Positions 8,379 through 16,074 of a stretch of 29,595 bases of DNA are shown in pieces. Within the stretch, counting starts at the first letter, position 1. The number at the start of each line of letters is the position of its first letter. The notes beneath the pieces are model-generated. The model saw only the letters and a program-made list of their open reading frames with translations. It made no database searches and was not told the DNA's origin. The stretch spans positions 1 through 29,595 of the forward strand of contig JANPJS010000091.1 in NCBI GenBank assembly GCA_031425655.1, in the 5' to 3' direction. The stretch is from Abditibacteriaceae bacterium (GTDB lineage: Bacteria > Armatimonadota > Abditibacteriia > Abditibacteriales > Abditibacteriaceae). The translations under genes and the position numbers were made by a program.

Positions 8379-9998
8379 TTAATGACGGCGTTTACGCGGT
8401 CGCTGCGTGCTTCCCGCCGCTTTCGCGCCGTTTTTGCTGACGCCATTCTCGCTTGCGCCGTTTTTGCTCACGCCGTTTTGCGGCGCGGCCTCCGATGTGG
8501 CTTTTGTCGCTTTGACCGGCACAGTTTCGCTTTTCGCCGTGCCGTTGAGTGCCGGAGTCTCGCCGCCTGACGCCAGACTTTTCGGTTTTTGCGCGCTTTT
8601 CGGACGCGGCGGCACGACATCTACTTCCACGATGCTCACGGGAGCCGGCGTGCCCATCAGCGATTTTACGAAACGCTTTTCCGGGTCGCCCTGCTTCATC
8701 ATGCGATATTGCAAAAGCGTCGAAGTCAGGTTGAAAATCATCCAATAAAACGCGAACGCCGATGGGTAATGGAGCAAGAAAAACGGGAAAATCGGCATCA
8801 TGAACATCATCATGCGCTGTTGTTGGCGCTGTGTGTCATCCGTCGGTGGCAGCGACGACAACCGAAATGACACGAACATGGTGATGCCGTAGAGAACAAG
8901 CAAGGGAATATCAGGGCGCGCCAGGCTATTGATCCACATGAAAGACGCACCGGCCAATTCCATTTTCGCTTCGTAGTTTTTCATCGCCGGCGACACGATG
9001 TAAAAGAAAAACGGAATTTGCAGCAATCCAAGACCGCAACCCAGCATCGGACTAACGCCGTGCAATCGCTGCAACTCCTGAATCTCCTTGACCATCTTCA
9101 TTTGCGCTTGCTGATCGGTATTGCCTTTGTATTTGTCCTGAATTTTCTTCATTTCAGGCGCGATGACTTGCATTCCCTTCATGCTGTCATACTGCTTGCG
9201 CGTTAATGGCTGCATGATAACACGCGTGACGATAGCAAGAAAAAGAATGGTCAAACCGTAAGAAGTCGCCGGCTGGTTGCCGAAAAACTTCACCACGGCA
9301 TCTACCGAACGATAAAGGCCCGAACTCTGATAAAACTCGTCAATTCGCACCAAAGTCGAGTTGGGATCACTGGTTCCGGGGCCGCCGAGCGTCTGCGCGA
9401 CAGTTTTAAGGGCAAAAATCGGATTGCTGTCGCTGCTGCCCGGCTCTTGGACATAGATTTTCAAAGCGTCGAACTCTTTGGAAGAGCGGCTTTGTTGCAG
9501 CATCGTTTCAAAATCTATGACCGCGCTGTGCGTCATCGGGCCTTTGGCTTTGGCCTCGCGCCACAATTTGTCGCCTTTTTGGTAAAGCGCCTGCGCATCT
9601 ATGGCCGTCGAGCCGTGATATTGGGTGATTTCATCGTAAATCGTGCCCTGCCACGGACTGCTCATAAATCCGCCGGGCATAGTAACCGGCGCCAGTTGGC
9701 CCAGAATATATTGCTGAATCAAGCCGATGCGCAGACGCGACCAATGCGCCAGCTCGTCTTGCGCGTTGGCGGTGATGTTCGCTTGCAGCTTGATAACTTC
9801 GGCATTCGCGGCCTGCGAAGTGAGGCGCGGCGCGGAATCAATGCCCTCAAAGGCTTTTTGCAGCGTGGGAGCGGTGCGCGGTGCGACGGTGGCAGCCTGT
9901 TTCGACGGGTTGAAATACTGAAATATGAACCACACGCCCATGAACGACAGCAAAAAATTGAAAAGTAGCTGTTCGCCGGCGGAACGACTTTTATTCAT
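8379..9998 (-). CDS. yidC: Membrane protein insertase YidC
   Basis: Core motifs [50 protein letters not shown]...LQY; synteny with yidD, rnpA and jag. Confidence 0.93.
   Translation of the reverse strand: MNKSRSAGEQLLFNFLLSFMGVWFIFQYFNPSKQAATVAPRTAPTLQKAFEGIDSAPRLTSQAANAEVIKLQANITANAQDELAHWSRLRIGLIQQYILGQLAPVTMPGGFMSSPWQGTIYDEITQYHGSTAIDAQALYQKGDKLWREAKAKGPMTHSAVIDFETMLQQSRSSKEFDALKIYVQEPGSSDSNPIFALKTVAQTLGGPGTSDPNSTLVRIDEFYQSSGLYRSVDAVVKFFGNQPATSYGLTILFLAIVTRVIMQPLTRKQYDSMKGMQVIAPEMKKIQDKYKGNTDQQAQMKMVKEIQELQRLHGVSPMLGCGLGLLQIPFFFYIVSPAMKNYEAKMELAGASFMWINSLARPDIPLLVLYGITMFVSFRLSSLPPTDDTQRQQQRMMMFMMPIFPFFLLHYPSAFAFYWMIFNLTSTLLQYRMMKQGDPEKRFVKSLMGTPAPVSIVEVDVVPPRPKSAQKPKSLASGGETPALNGTAKSETVPVKATKATSEAAPQNGVSKNGASENGVSKNGAKAAGSTQRPRKRRH
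8425..8480. repeat. In-frame 30-bp tandem duplication (15-bp sub-period) in the yidC C-terminal tail
   Basis: gcgccgtttttgctgacgccatt (8425-8447) and gcgccgtttttgctcacgccgtt (8455-8477); encodes [19 protein letters not shown]. Confidence 0.75.
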
Positions 9999-10374
9999 CT
10001 AAATCCTTGTGCGACTTTACGCGGCGCCTACGCAACCATGAGAACCTTTCGGGCACCGGGTCGTAGCCGCCGTGCGCGAAGGGATGGCAGCGGCAAATGC
10101 GGCCTAATCCCAGCCACACGCCTCGCCAGAAACCGAATTTCTCAATCGCTTGATAAGTATAATGGGAACACGTCGGATAAAAGAAACACGTCGGCGGTGT
10201 GTGCGGCGAAATCGCGTTCTGATAAAAACGAATCAGCGCAAGGGCAAGGCGTCTTAGCAGAGCGCCCACAAAATTTTGCGGTTCACCCTGCGCTGCATCG
10301 CTCAATTCGCCTTCAGCGCGCGACGGCGTGCGTTCGGTCTCATTTTGCGTGTCTTCGCGCGGCGCCCGGCACAT
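9991..10374 (-). CDS. yidD: Membrane protein insertion efficiency factor YidD
   Basis: [42 protein letters not shown]; located between rnpA and yidC. Confidence 0.95.
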   Translation of the reverse strand: MCRAPREDTQNETERTPSRAEGELSDAAQGEPQNFVGALLRRLALALIRFYQNAISPHTPPTCFFYPTCSHYTYQAIEKFGFWRGVWLGLGRICRCHPFAHGGYDPVPERFSWLRRRRVKSHKDLDE

Positions 10375-10406
10375 CGTTTAGCCCTGCTTTAGAAGGCAAA
10401 TCTTCT

Positions 10407-10811
10407 TCACGCGCTTTTGTTATCGTGCTGCCTTTGCGTTTCGACACTCGCACGCGCGGCGCGACGCAATAATTGAGACAACGCTTCGCTCAAATGCGCA
10501 GAATCGGCGATCAAGGCCGGCGGCGCCACCACGAAGATTAAATCGCAGCCGCGCAATGCCGGGCCAAGCTCAGCGCGCAAGAAATGCAAGCGATATTGCT
10601 CACGCACGCAGCGCCGCAAACGATTACGCCGCACCGCTTTTCCCAGCTTTTTCGGCACCACGAAGGCCACACGCGTCGAAATTGTCTCTTTTGAGGGCAA
10701 AACCGGGCGTCGTAACACGCGAACCTGCATCAAGGGATGCCGCAAAACGCGCCCATTAGAGAAAGCGACGGAAAAAGACGCCGTATTTAATCGTTCGCCG
10801 CGCGCGAGCAT
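10407..10811 (-). CDS. rnpA: Ribonuclease P protein component
   Basis: RNR motif RVAFVVPKKLGKAVRRNRLRRCVRE; directly downstream of rpmH. Confidence 0.92.
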   Translation of the reverse strand: MLARGERLNTASFSVAFSNGRVLRHPLMQVRVLRRPVLPSKETISTRVAFVVPKKLGKAVRRNRLRRCVREQYRLHFLRAELGPALRGCDLIFVVAPPALIADSAHLSEALSQLLRRAARASVETQRQHDNKSA

Positions 10812-10818
10812 GATTCGG

Positions 10819-10959
10819 GATGCTGGATTCTCGATGTCCGATGCTGGATTTCTCGATGTCCGATGCTGGATTCTCGATGTCCGATGCTGGATTCTCGATG
10901 TCCGATGCTGGATTCTCGTTCAAGCATCCAGCTTCAAGCATCCAGCTTCAAGCATCCAG
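10819..10959. repeat. Two opposed heptamer-based tandem arrays between rpmH and rnpA
   Basis: gatgctggattctcgatgtcc x4 plus a partial copy (10819-10918; second unit has one extra t), then ttcaagcatccagc x3 (10919-10959; last copy one base short). Confidence 0.95.
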
Positions 10960-10961
10960 TT

Positions 10962-11099
10962 TTAGCACTGTGTCAGTTTGTAACGGCCTTTGGCGCGGCG
11001 GCGCGCGATGACGGCGCGGCCTCCATGTGTGGCCATACGAGCACGAAAACCGTGCTTTCTTTTGCGGGGACGCCGCTTGGGTTGGTAAGTCCGCTTCAT
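10962..11099 (-). CDS. rpmH: 50S ribosomal protein L34 (not in the ORF track)
   Basis: Manual translation: [45 protein letters not shown], 45 aa; SD-like GGGAG upstream. Confidence 0.97.
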   Translation of the reverse strand: MKRTYQPKRRPRKRKHGFRARMATHGGRAVIARRRAKGRYKLTQC

Positions 11100-11120
11100 T
11101 TTCTGTTTCTCCCAAAATTT

Positions 11121-11151
11121 CAGGCGCCTGAAACCGAGGTTTCAGCGCCTG
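11121..11151 (-). promoter_or_regulatory. Stem-loop in the rpmH 5' leader
   Basis: caggcg-c-ctgaaacc ga ggtttcag-cgcctg, about 14 bp of stem, about 20 nt upstream of the rpmH start. Confidence 0.45.
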
Positions 11152-11199
11152 TCAGTGTTTGTATCGTCGTGAGCCTTCGCCCTTCTGAATAGCGGGCGC

Positions 11200-11228
11200 A
11201 GTTTAGCACGGGCTTAGCGGCACTACAA
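11200..11228 (-). promoter_or_regulatory. Putative sigma70-type promoter for the rpmH operon
   Basis: Minus strand reads TTGTAG-17 nt-TAAACT, with an extended -10 TG. Confidence 0.4.
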
Positions 11229-11636
11229 CTATGGGCGCAAAGCCTGCGAATAAGGCTTGAATTTCAGCGATAAGAGTGAAAGCAATATGTCCGCAAAATT
11301 CTTTACGACGGCGAAATTTATTCCCAGAAAGGTCTTGTAGCGCACCGAATTCTCATCTATAATCGGCTCATCATCTTGCATACGCCGCCGGGGCAAACGC
11401 TTTAAATTCATACTCGACCGGGCCAAATCACGCGATTGAAGTTCGATAAAATTCGCGCAAACGGCTCTTTCTTCACAGCCCAATCACTTTCGCACCGGCA
11501 CTGAGGTTAAGCGCAGCTTAACTGCTCTTCGCGTTGCATTTCGCCGCAATTTAGTTCACGACAACTCGGTTATCGCCCACTTTTCCCTATCACTGCCTTT
11601 GAATTTGGTTCAGAAGCGGTAGCGAATGCGCACAAC

Positions 11637-11689
11637 TTTTCCACAGGTAGGGAAAAACCTATGGAAAAGTCTGCGGCGGCGATTATACT
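11637..11689 (+). promoter_or_regulatory. DnaA-box-like sites and putative -10 element upstream of dnaA
   Basis: ttttccaca (11637-11645), tatggaaaa (11660-11668, reverse orientation, degenerate) and TATACT (11684-11689); consistent with dnaA autoregulation. Confidence 0.45.
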
Positions 11690-11795
11690 ATGGGCACTCA
11701 TTGCCTAAGACAAGTTGTTTCGTCGTTCATAGCTTTCCAAGTTTGCTGTCTTACGTCGTGATATTTTCCAACACCGACCTGTTTAATTTTCGCCG

Positions 11796-13355
11796 ATGCT
11801 CGATCAATCTTTAGATACAAACCGCTCACGCGCAGCATCTTTTTCCTCCGGCGAAATGGACGCGGATTCCGCCGCGCACGAACCAAACGAGATTCTTCAC
11901 GCCGCCTGGGCCGAAGTGATGGACGTGCTTCAGGCCGAGTTATCGGCGCCCGCTTACAACAATTATCTGCGCCATATTAAACCGCTCGACCTCACGGGGC
12001 AAAGATTCACCCTCAGCGTGCCGTCCGAGTTCGTCAAAGATTGGCTGGTGCGACGTTTCGCCAAGCGCATCGAAGAAACGCTCGAACAATTTTTGGGGCG
12101 CCCGACGACGCTGGTTTTTCACACCGGCCCGGACGACAAAGTGAGCGTCGCGCAAATTGGCGAAGGCCCGGTTCTGACCCCAATCGAAGAAGAAGTCGCG
12201 CAAATCGTCGAAGTTGAGGCGCAGGCTCTGCCCGATCCTTCGTTTCCCGTGCAAGCCGGCAAAGCGTCTTCTTCGCGTCCGGCGCGCTCGCGCGATATGG
12301 GCGATTTAGAAGATTTCTCTTCGTCGCCGCTCAATCGCAAATACACCTTCGATAATTTCATCGTGGGGCGCAGCAATTACATCAGCCATGCGGCGGCGTG
12401 GGCTGTGGCCAACGCGCCGGCTAAAGGCCAATATAATCCGCTCTTCGTTTACGGCGGCGTGGGGCTGGGAAAAACCCACTTGATGCAGGCCATCGGCCAT
12501 TTCGTCAACAAAGCGCGCGGCAATACGGCGCAGATTGTTTACGTTTCCGGCGAAAATTTCCTTTATCAAGTCGTGCGCTGCATCCGCGAAGACCGCATGA
12601 CGGCTTTTCGCCGCACTTATCGTAATGTAGACATCTGGCTCGTTGACGACATCCAATACATTTGCAACGCCGAGCGCACCGAAGTTGAGTTTTTTCACAT
12701 TTTCAACACGCTTTACGATCAAGGCAAGCAAATTGTGATCTGCTCGGACAAACCACCGAAAGACTTGCAACTCACCGAAAGCCGCCTGATTTCGCGCTTC
12801 GAGTGGGGCTTGATTTCCTATATCGAGCCGCCCGATTTGGAGCATCGCATCGCTATTTTGCAGAAGCGCGCCCAAGCCGAAGGCGTTCACGTCGCGCCCG
12901 AAGTGCTGCAATATCTGGCGGAGAAGATTCGCTCGAATATTCGCAGTCTGGAAGGCTCTCTGACGCGCCTTTTGGCGATGGCTTCGCTCGACGGACGCAA
13001 AATCAACCTCGATCTCGCCGCCGAAACTGTGCGCTATTATTCCACTGCCGAAGCCGATCCGATTAAGGTGGACGTGCAAACCATTATCGAAGTCGTCGCC
13101 GAGCACTTTAAAACGCCGGTCAGCGACATTCTCGGCAAAAAGCGCAACAAAGAGATCGTGATGCCGCGCCAGATCGCCATGTATTTGGCGCGCGAAATGG
13201 GTTCGATGAGCTATCCCGACATCGGACGCGCCTTCGGACGCGACTACACGACCGTCATTCACTCCTACGAAAAAATAAAAACCGAAGTCAAACGCGACTC
13301 CAGTTTAAAGGGCGTCATCAGCGAAATTCGCAGCCGCGCCCACGCCCGCGCTTAA
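11796..13355 (+). CDS. dnaA: Chromosomal replication initiator protein DnaA
   Basis: YTFDNFIVG, YNPLFVYGGVGLGKTHL (Walker A), LVDDIQ (Walker B), RLISRFEWGL, PRQIAMYL, IGRAFGRDYTTVIH. The start could alternatively be ATG 11856. Confidence 0.98.
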   Translation: MLDQSLDTNRSRAASFSSGEMDADSAAHEPNEILHAAWAEVMDVLQAELSAPAYNNYLRHIKPLDLTGQRFTLSVPSEFVKDWLVRRFAKRIEETLEQFLGRPTTLVFHTGPDDKVSVAQIGEGPVLTPIEEEVAQIVEVEAQALPDPSFPVQAGKASSSRPARSRDMGDLEDFSSSPLNRKYTFDNFIVGRSNYISHAAAWAVANAPAKGQYNPLFVYGGVGLGKTHLMQAIGHFVNKARGNTAQIVYVSGENFLYQVVRCIREDRMTAFRRTYRNVDIWLVDDIQYICNAERTEVEFFHIFNTLYDQGKQIVICSDKPPKDLQLTESRLISRFEWGLISYIEPPDLEHRIAILQKRAQAEGVHVAPEVLQYLAEKIRSNIRSLEGSLTRLLAMASLDGRKINLDLAAETVRYYSTAEADPIKVDVQTIIEVVAEHFKTPVSDILGKKRNKEIVMPRQIAMYLAREMGSMSYPDIGRAFGRDYTTVIHSYEKIKTEVKRDSSLKGVISEIRSRAHARA

Positions 13356-13368
13356 GCTTTTCAGCATC

Positions 13369-13416
13369 CAAAACGGCACTTTCCGGTAGGGTAGGGGAGT
13401 GCCGTTTTGTCGTTTT
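13369..13416 (+). terminator. Intrinsic terminator-like hairpin after dnaA
   Basis: caaaacggcact (13369-13380) pairs with agtgccgttttg (13398-13409), followed by tcgtttt. Confidence 0.65.
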
Positions 13417-13498
13417 AACGCGCCGTTCTGTGGCCTAAAATCGCCGTTTTTCGGGCTGGATTTACGCTTTATCAGCTTAATCGTTTAACTCTAAAAAG

Positions 13499-13763
13499 TT
13501 ATCCATGTCGGGGTAGGCATAAAGCTGGGGAAACGTGAGGATAACTCCGCATAACTTGGGTGGGGTGTGGATAACAGGGAAAACAGGGGGTATTTATCCA
13601 CAGAGACATGGATAACTTAAAAGTGCCGTTTCGCCTTACCCCATAAGGGTTTTTCGGGGGTCGAAATCGAGTTATCCACTTATCCACACCCCTAATAATA
13701 ATAATAAGTTACTAAAGTATTATATATACAGGACTCCCTCAAAATTTCGAGGGCTATGGATAA
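13499..13763. other. Chromosomal origin of replication (oriC)
   Basis: Perfect DnaA boxes at 13566-13574 (reverse), 13594-13602 and 13680-13688. Degenerate boxes at 13499, 13536, 13607, 13672 and 13755. The tandem boxes are followed by CCCC, (TAA)5 trio-like repeats (13693-13707) and an AT-rich stretch to about 13729. Confidence 0.92.
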
Positions 13764-13772
13764 GTGCATTTT

Positions 13773-13994
13773 ATGATTCAAAATGAAGCTTTTAACGAAA
13801 CGAATTCACAGCAAAAGACAGGGTTTACTCAAAGCACTGATTTCAACGCTTTGCTAACAAGCCGTCAGGCCGACGACGAAGCCTTGATCGGCGCTATCTG
13901 TCCCAATTGCGGCGCGCGGCTGGAAGGACGCAAATGCAAGCTGCTTTGCCCGACTTGGGGCTGCGGTTACATGGTGACTTGTAGCGAATGGTAA
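13773..13994 (+). CDS. Small Cys-rich zinc-finger-like protein
   Basis: 73 aa from ATG 13773, ending CPNCGARLEGRKCKLLCPTWGCGYMVTCSEW (6 Cys, CPxCG motif). Confidence 0.65.
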   Translation: MIQNEAFNETNSQQKTGFTQSTDFNALLTSRQADDEALIGAICPNCGARLEGRKCKLLCPTWGCGYMVTCSEW

Positions 13995-14003
13995 AAAATT
14001 CTA

Positions 14004-14033
14004 TTCCAACGACAGGCCGTCTCGTGATAAAAT
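14004..14033 (+). promoter_or_regulatory. Putative extended -10 promoter for dnaN
   Basis: TGaTAAAAT at 14025-14033, about 20 nt upstream of the dnaN ATG; weak -35 TTCCAA. Confidence 0.35.
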
Positions 14034-14054
14034 GCCTGCAACCGGAAGATAAAT

Positions 14055-15164
14055 ATGAGAATCACTTGTGAACGGTCGTATCTGGCGAATGCCCTCGGCG
14101 TAGCGGGCCGCGCGGTGTCGCATCGCAACACGCTGCCGATTTTGGGCAACGTGCTTTTGGAAACCGAAGATGATCGCGTCAAGCTCACCGCGACTGACCT
14201 CGACACCGCGATTCGCTGCACGATTCCCGCGCAGGTGGCCGAAAACGGCGCCGTAGCCATTCCCGCCGGCGTGCTGACTGATGTCGTCTCGAAGCTGCCG
14301 GACGCGCCCGTCACGCTGGAAATGCAGGACGGCAAAGTCACGGTGCGCTGCGGCAAGAGCGATTACATGATTCTCTGCCTGCCCGCCGAAGATTTCCCGG
14401 TCGTGCCGGAAGTCAACGACGGCACCGAACTCGATTTGCCGCAGGCCACGCTCAAGCATATGCTGCGCATGACGACTTTCGCGGCCTCGAAAGAAGAAAC
14501 GCGCTCAATTTTGATGGGCGTGCTTTTCGAGGCGCGCGGCTCCAACCTCACGCTTGTTGCCACAGACACGCACCGTTTGGCTTGGAAGCGCGCTGTGCTT
14601 TCAGCAGAAATGGCGCAGCCGGTTTCGGCTATCGTGCCGGCCAAACCGTTGGCCGAATTGGAACGCCTGCTCAAAGATTCCGCCGACGACAGCGTGCATA
14701 TTCGCTTCGGGCAGTCGCAGGTGCAGTTCGAGACCGCCGATGTCACGCTGGTTTCGCGGGTTTTGGACGGGCAATTCCCCAACTACGAAAAAGTGATTCC
14801 CAAAAACGTCGAGCGCAAAATCTCGTTCGAGCGCGCCGAACTTTTAGACGCCGTGCGCCGCGTTTACATCGTGGCCAAGCAGAATTCGGAGAAAGCCGTG
14901 GTCAAAACCAAAGGCGACCTGCTGCAAATGACCGCGCAAAGCCAGGATGTTGGTAGCGCCTACGAAGAAGTGCCGATTTCGATGGACGGCGGCGATATTG
15001 AGATTGCTTTCAACGCGCGTTATCTCATGGAAGTGCTGGGCATCGTGGATACCGACCGGCTCACGCTGGAATTATCGGGCGCTTTGAATCCCGGCCTGCT
15101 CAAAGCCAGCGGCGAAAACGGCAACTCCGATTTTCTCTACGTCGTGATGCCAATGGCCGTTTGA
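14055..15164 (+). CDS. dnaN: DNA polymerase III beta sliding clamp
   Basis: 369 aa; TLPILGNVLL, LTATDLD, LVATDTHRLA, SRVLDGQFPNYEKVIP, IAFNARYL, YVVMPM. Confidence 0.98.
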   Translation: MRITCERSYLANALGVAGRAVSHRNTLPILGNVLLETEDDRVKLTATDLDTAIRCTIPAQVAENGAVAIPAGVLTDVVSKLPDAPVTLEMQDGKVTVRCGKSDYMILCLPAEDFPVVPEVNDGTELDLPQATLKHMLRMTTFAASKEETRSILMGVLFEARGSNLTLVATDTHRLAWKRAVLSAEMAQPVSAIVPAKPLAELERLLKDSADDSVHIRFGQSQVQFETADVTLVSRVLDGQFPNYEKVIPKNVERKISFERAELLDAVRRVYIVAKQNSEKAVVKTKGDLLQMTAQSQDVGSAYEEVPISMDGGDIEIAFNARYLMEVLGIVDTDRLTLELSGALNPGLLKASGENGNSDFLYVVMPMAV

Positions 15165-15204
15165 GTGACGATTTACGAGTGACGATTTACGATTGACGAG
15201 TGCG
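15163..15204. repeat. Heptamer tandem array, left flank of the M14 peptidase gene
   Basis: gagtgac gatttac gagtgac gatttac gattgac gagtgcg, starting within the dnaN stop codon. Confidence 0.85.
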
Positions 15205-15241
15205 GAATGGAGCCTTGCGCTTCATTCCGCACTTTGTTTTT
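15199..15241 (+). terminator. Intrinsic terminator-like hairpin after dnaN
   Basis: agtgcggaatggagc / gcttcattccgcact, a 15-bp stem with one G-U pair, followed by ttgttttt. Confidence 0.7.
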
Positions 15242-15246
15242 GTTCC

Positions 15247-16074
15247 ATGAGAAAAATTCTGTTCACCGCGTCGTTTTGCGCTCTGAGCGCCTTTGCCGCC
15301 GCGCAAAGTCCCGAAACGCCCGTTGAGTCGCCGCCCGTCGTAATCGAGGCGCCAGAGCCGTCTCAGGCCGTCGCAGCGGCTTTAGAAAGCACGGAGGTGT
15401 TTGGTTATTCCGTCGAAAACCGGCCTCTGACAGCGCATGTTTTTGGACACGGCGCGAATGCCACGCTGATTTTCGCCTGCGTGCATGGCAACGAAACTTC
15501 AACGCCGGGGATAGCGCGTTTGCTGCGCGAGCATTTGCTGAAGCATCCCGAAATTCTGACGGGCCGCCGCGTGGTTTTGGTGCCGGTTGTGAATCCCGAC
15601 GGACTGGCGCGAAAAAGCCGCCGCAACGCGCGCAACGTGGACATCAATCGCAATTATCCGGGCACTTGGCGGCTGCCCAAGCGCGGCGAGCCGTTCAAAC
15701 CCGGCCCGTCGCCGGCTTCGGAGCCGGAAACGCGCGCCATGATGGCTCTGGTGGCCAAATATCCGCCGCAGAAAATCGTCAGCATTCATCAGCCATTGCA
15801 CTGCATCGCTTATAGCGGAGCGCGCAGCCGCACGTTGGCGTTAGAAATGCGGAAACACAATCGTTACCGCGTCGCTGAAGGCGTCGGTTATCCCACGCCG
15901 GGCGGTTTTGGCGGCTACTGCGACCAAATCTTGAAAGTGCCGGTCGTGACGCTCGAATTGCCGTGGCAAAGCGCCCAAGCCGCGTGGAAAACCAACGCGA
16001 CTGCCCTACTCGCCGCCATTCGCTTCGAGACCGCTACTCGTCACTCGTCATTCGTCACTCGTCACTCGAAATGA
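15247..16074 (+). CDS. Secreted M14-family zinc carboxypeptidase (MpaA/murein peptide amidase-like)
   Basis: Signal peptide MRKILFTASFCALSAFAAA from ATG 15247; motifs HGNE, NPDG, RRNARNVDINRNYP, SEPETRA, SIHQP, TLELP. Confidence 0.87.
   Translation: MRKILFTASFCALSAFAAAQSPETPVESPPVVIEAPEPSQAVAAALESTEVFGYSVENRPLTAHVFGHGANATLIFACVHGNETSTPGIARLLREHLLKHPEILTGRRVVLVPVVNPDGLARKSRRNARNVDINRNYPGTWRLPKRGEPFKPGPSPASEPETRAMMALVAKYPPQKIVSIHQPLHCIAYSGARSRTLALEMRKHNRYRVAEGVGYPTPGGFGGYCDQILKVPVVTLELPWQSAQAAWKTNATALLAAIRFETATRHSSFVTRHSK
16036..16070. repeat. Heptamer tandem array, right flank of the M14 gene (inverted relative to 15163-15204)
   Basis: actcgtc actcgtc attcgtc actcgtc actcgaa, ending immediately before the recF ATG. 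Confidence 0.85.

Noticed and set aside
7722..8570. 282-aa + strand ORF
   Set aside because: Antisense shadow of jag and yidC in GC-rich DNA.
10819..10959. CRISPR array
   Set aside because: The units are contiguous with no unique spacers, and there are no cas genes; this is a tandem repeat.
10756..11192. ORFs 10756..10941, 10820..11011 and 10863..11192
   Set aside because: They are products of the 21-bp repeat staying in frame, and they overlap rnpA or rpmH.
11229..11483. 84-aa minus-strand ORF in the rpmH-dnaA spacer
   Set aside because: TTG start, no SD and no recognisable motif; more likely promoter DNA, though not excluded.
12306..13262. 318-aa antisense ORF
   Set aside because: Shadow frame of dnaA with no motifs of its own.
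15193..15246. N-terminal extension of the M14 ORF (TTG 15193), and likewise of recF (GTG 15963)
   Set aside because: The first runs through the repeat and terminator hairpin, and the second overlaps the peptidase. ATG 15247 gives a clean signal peptide and ATG 16071 a canonical RecF start.
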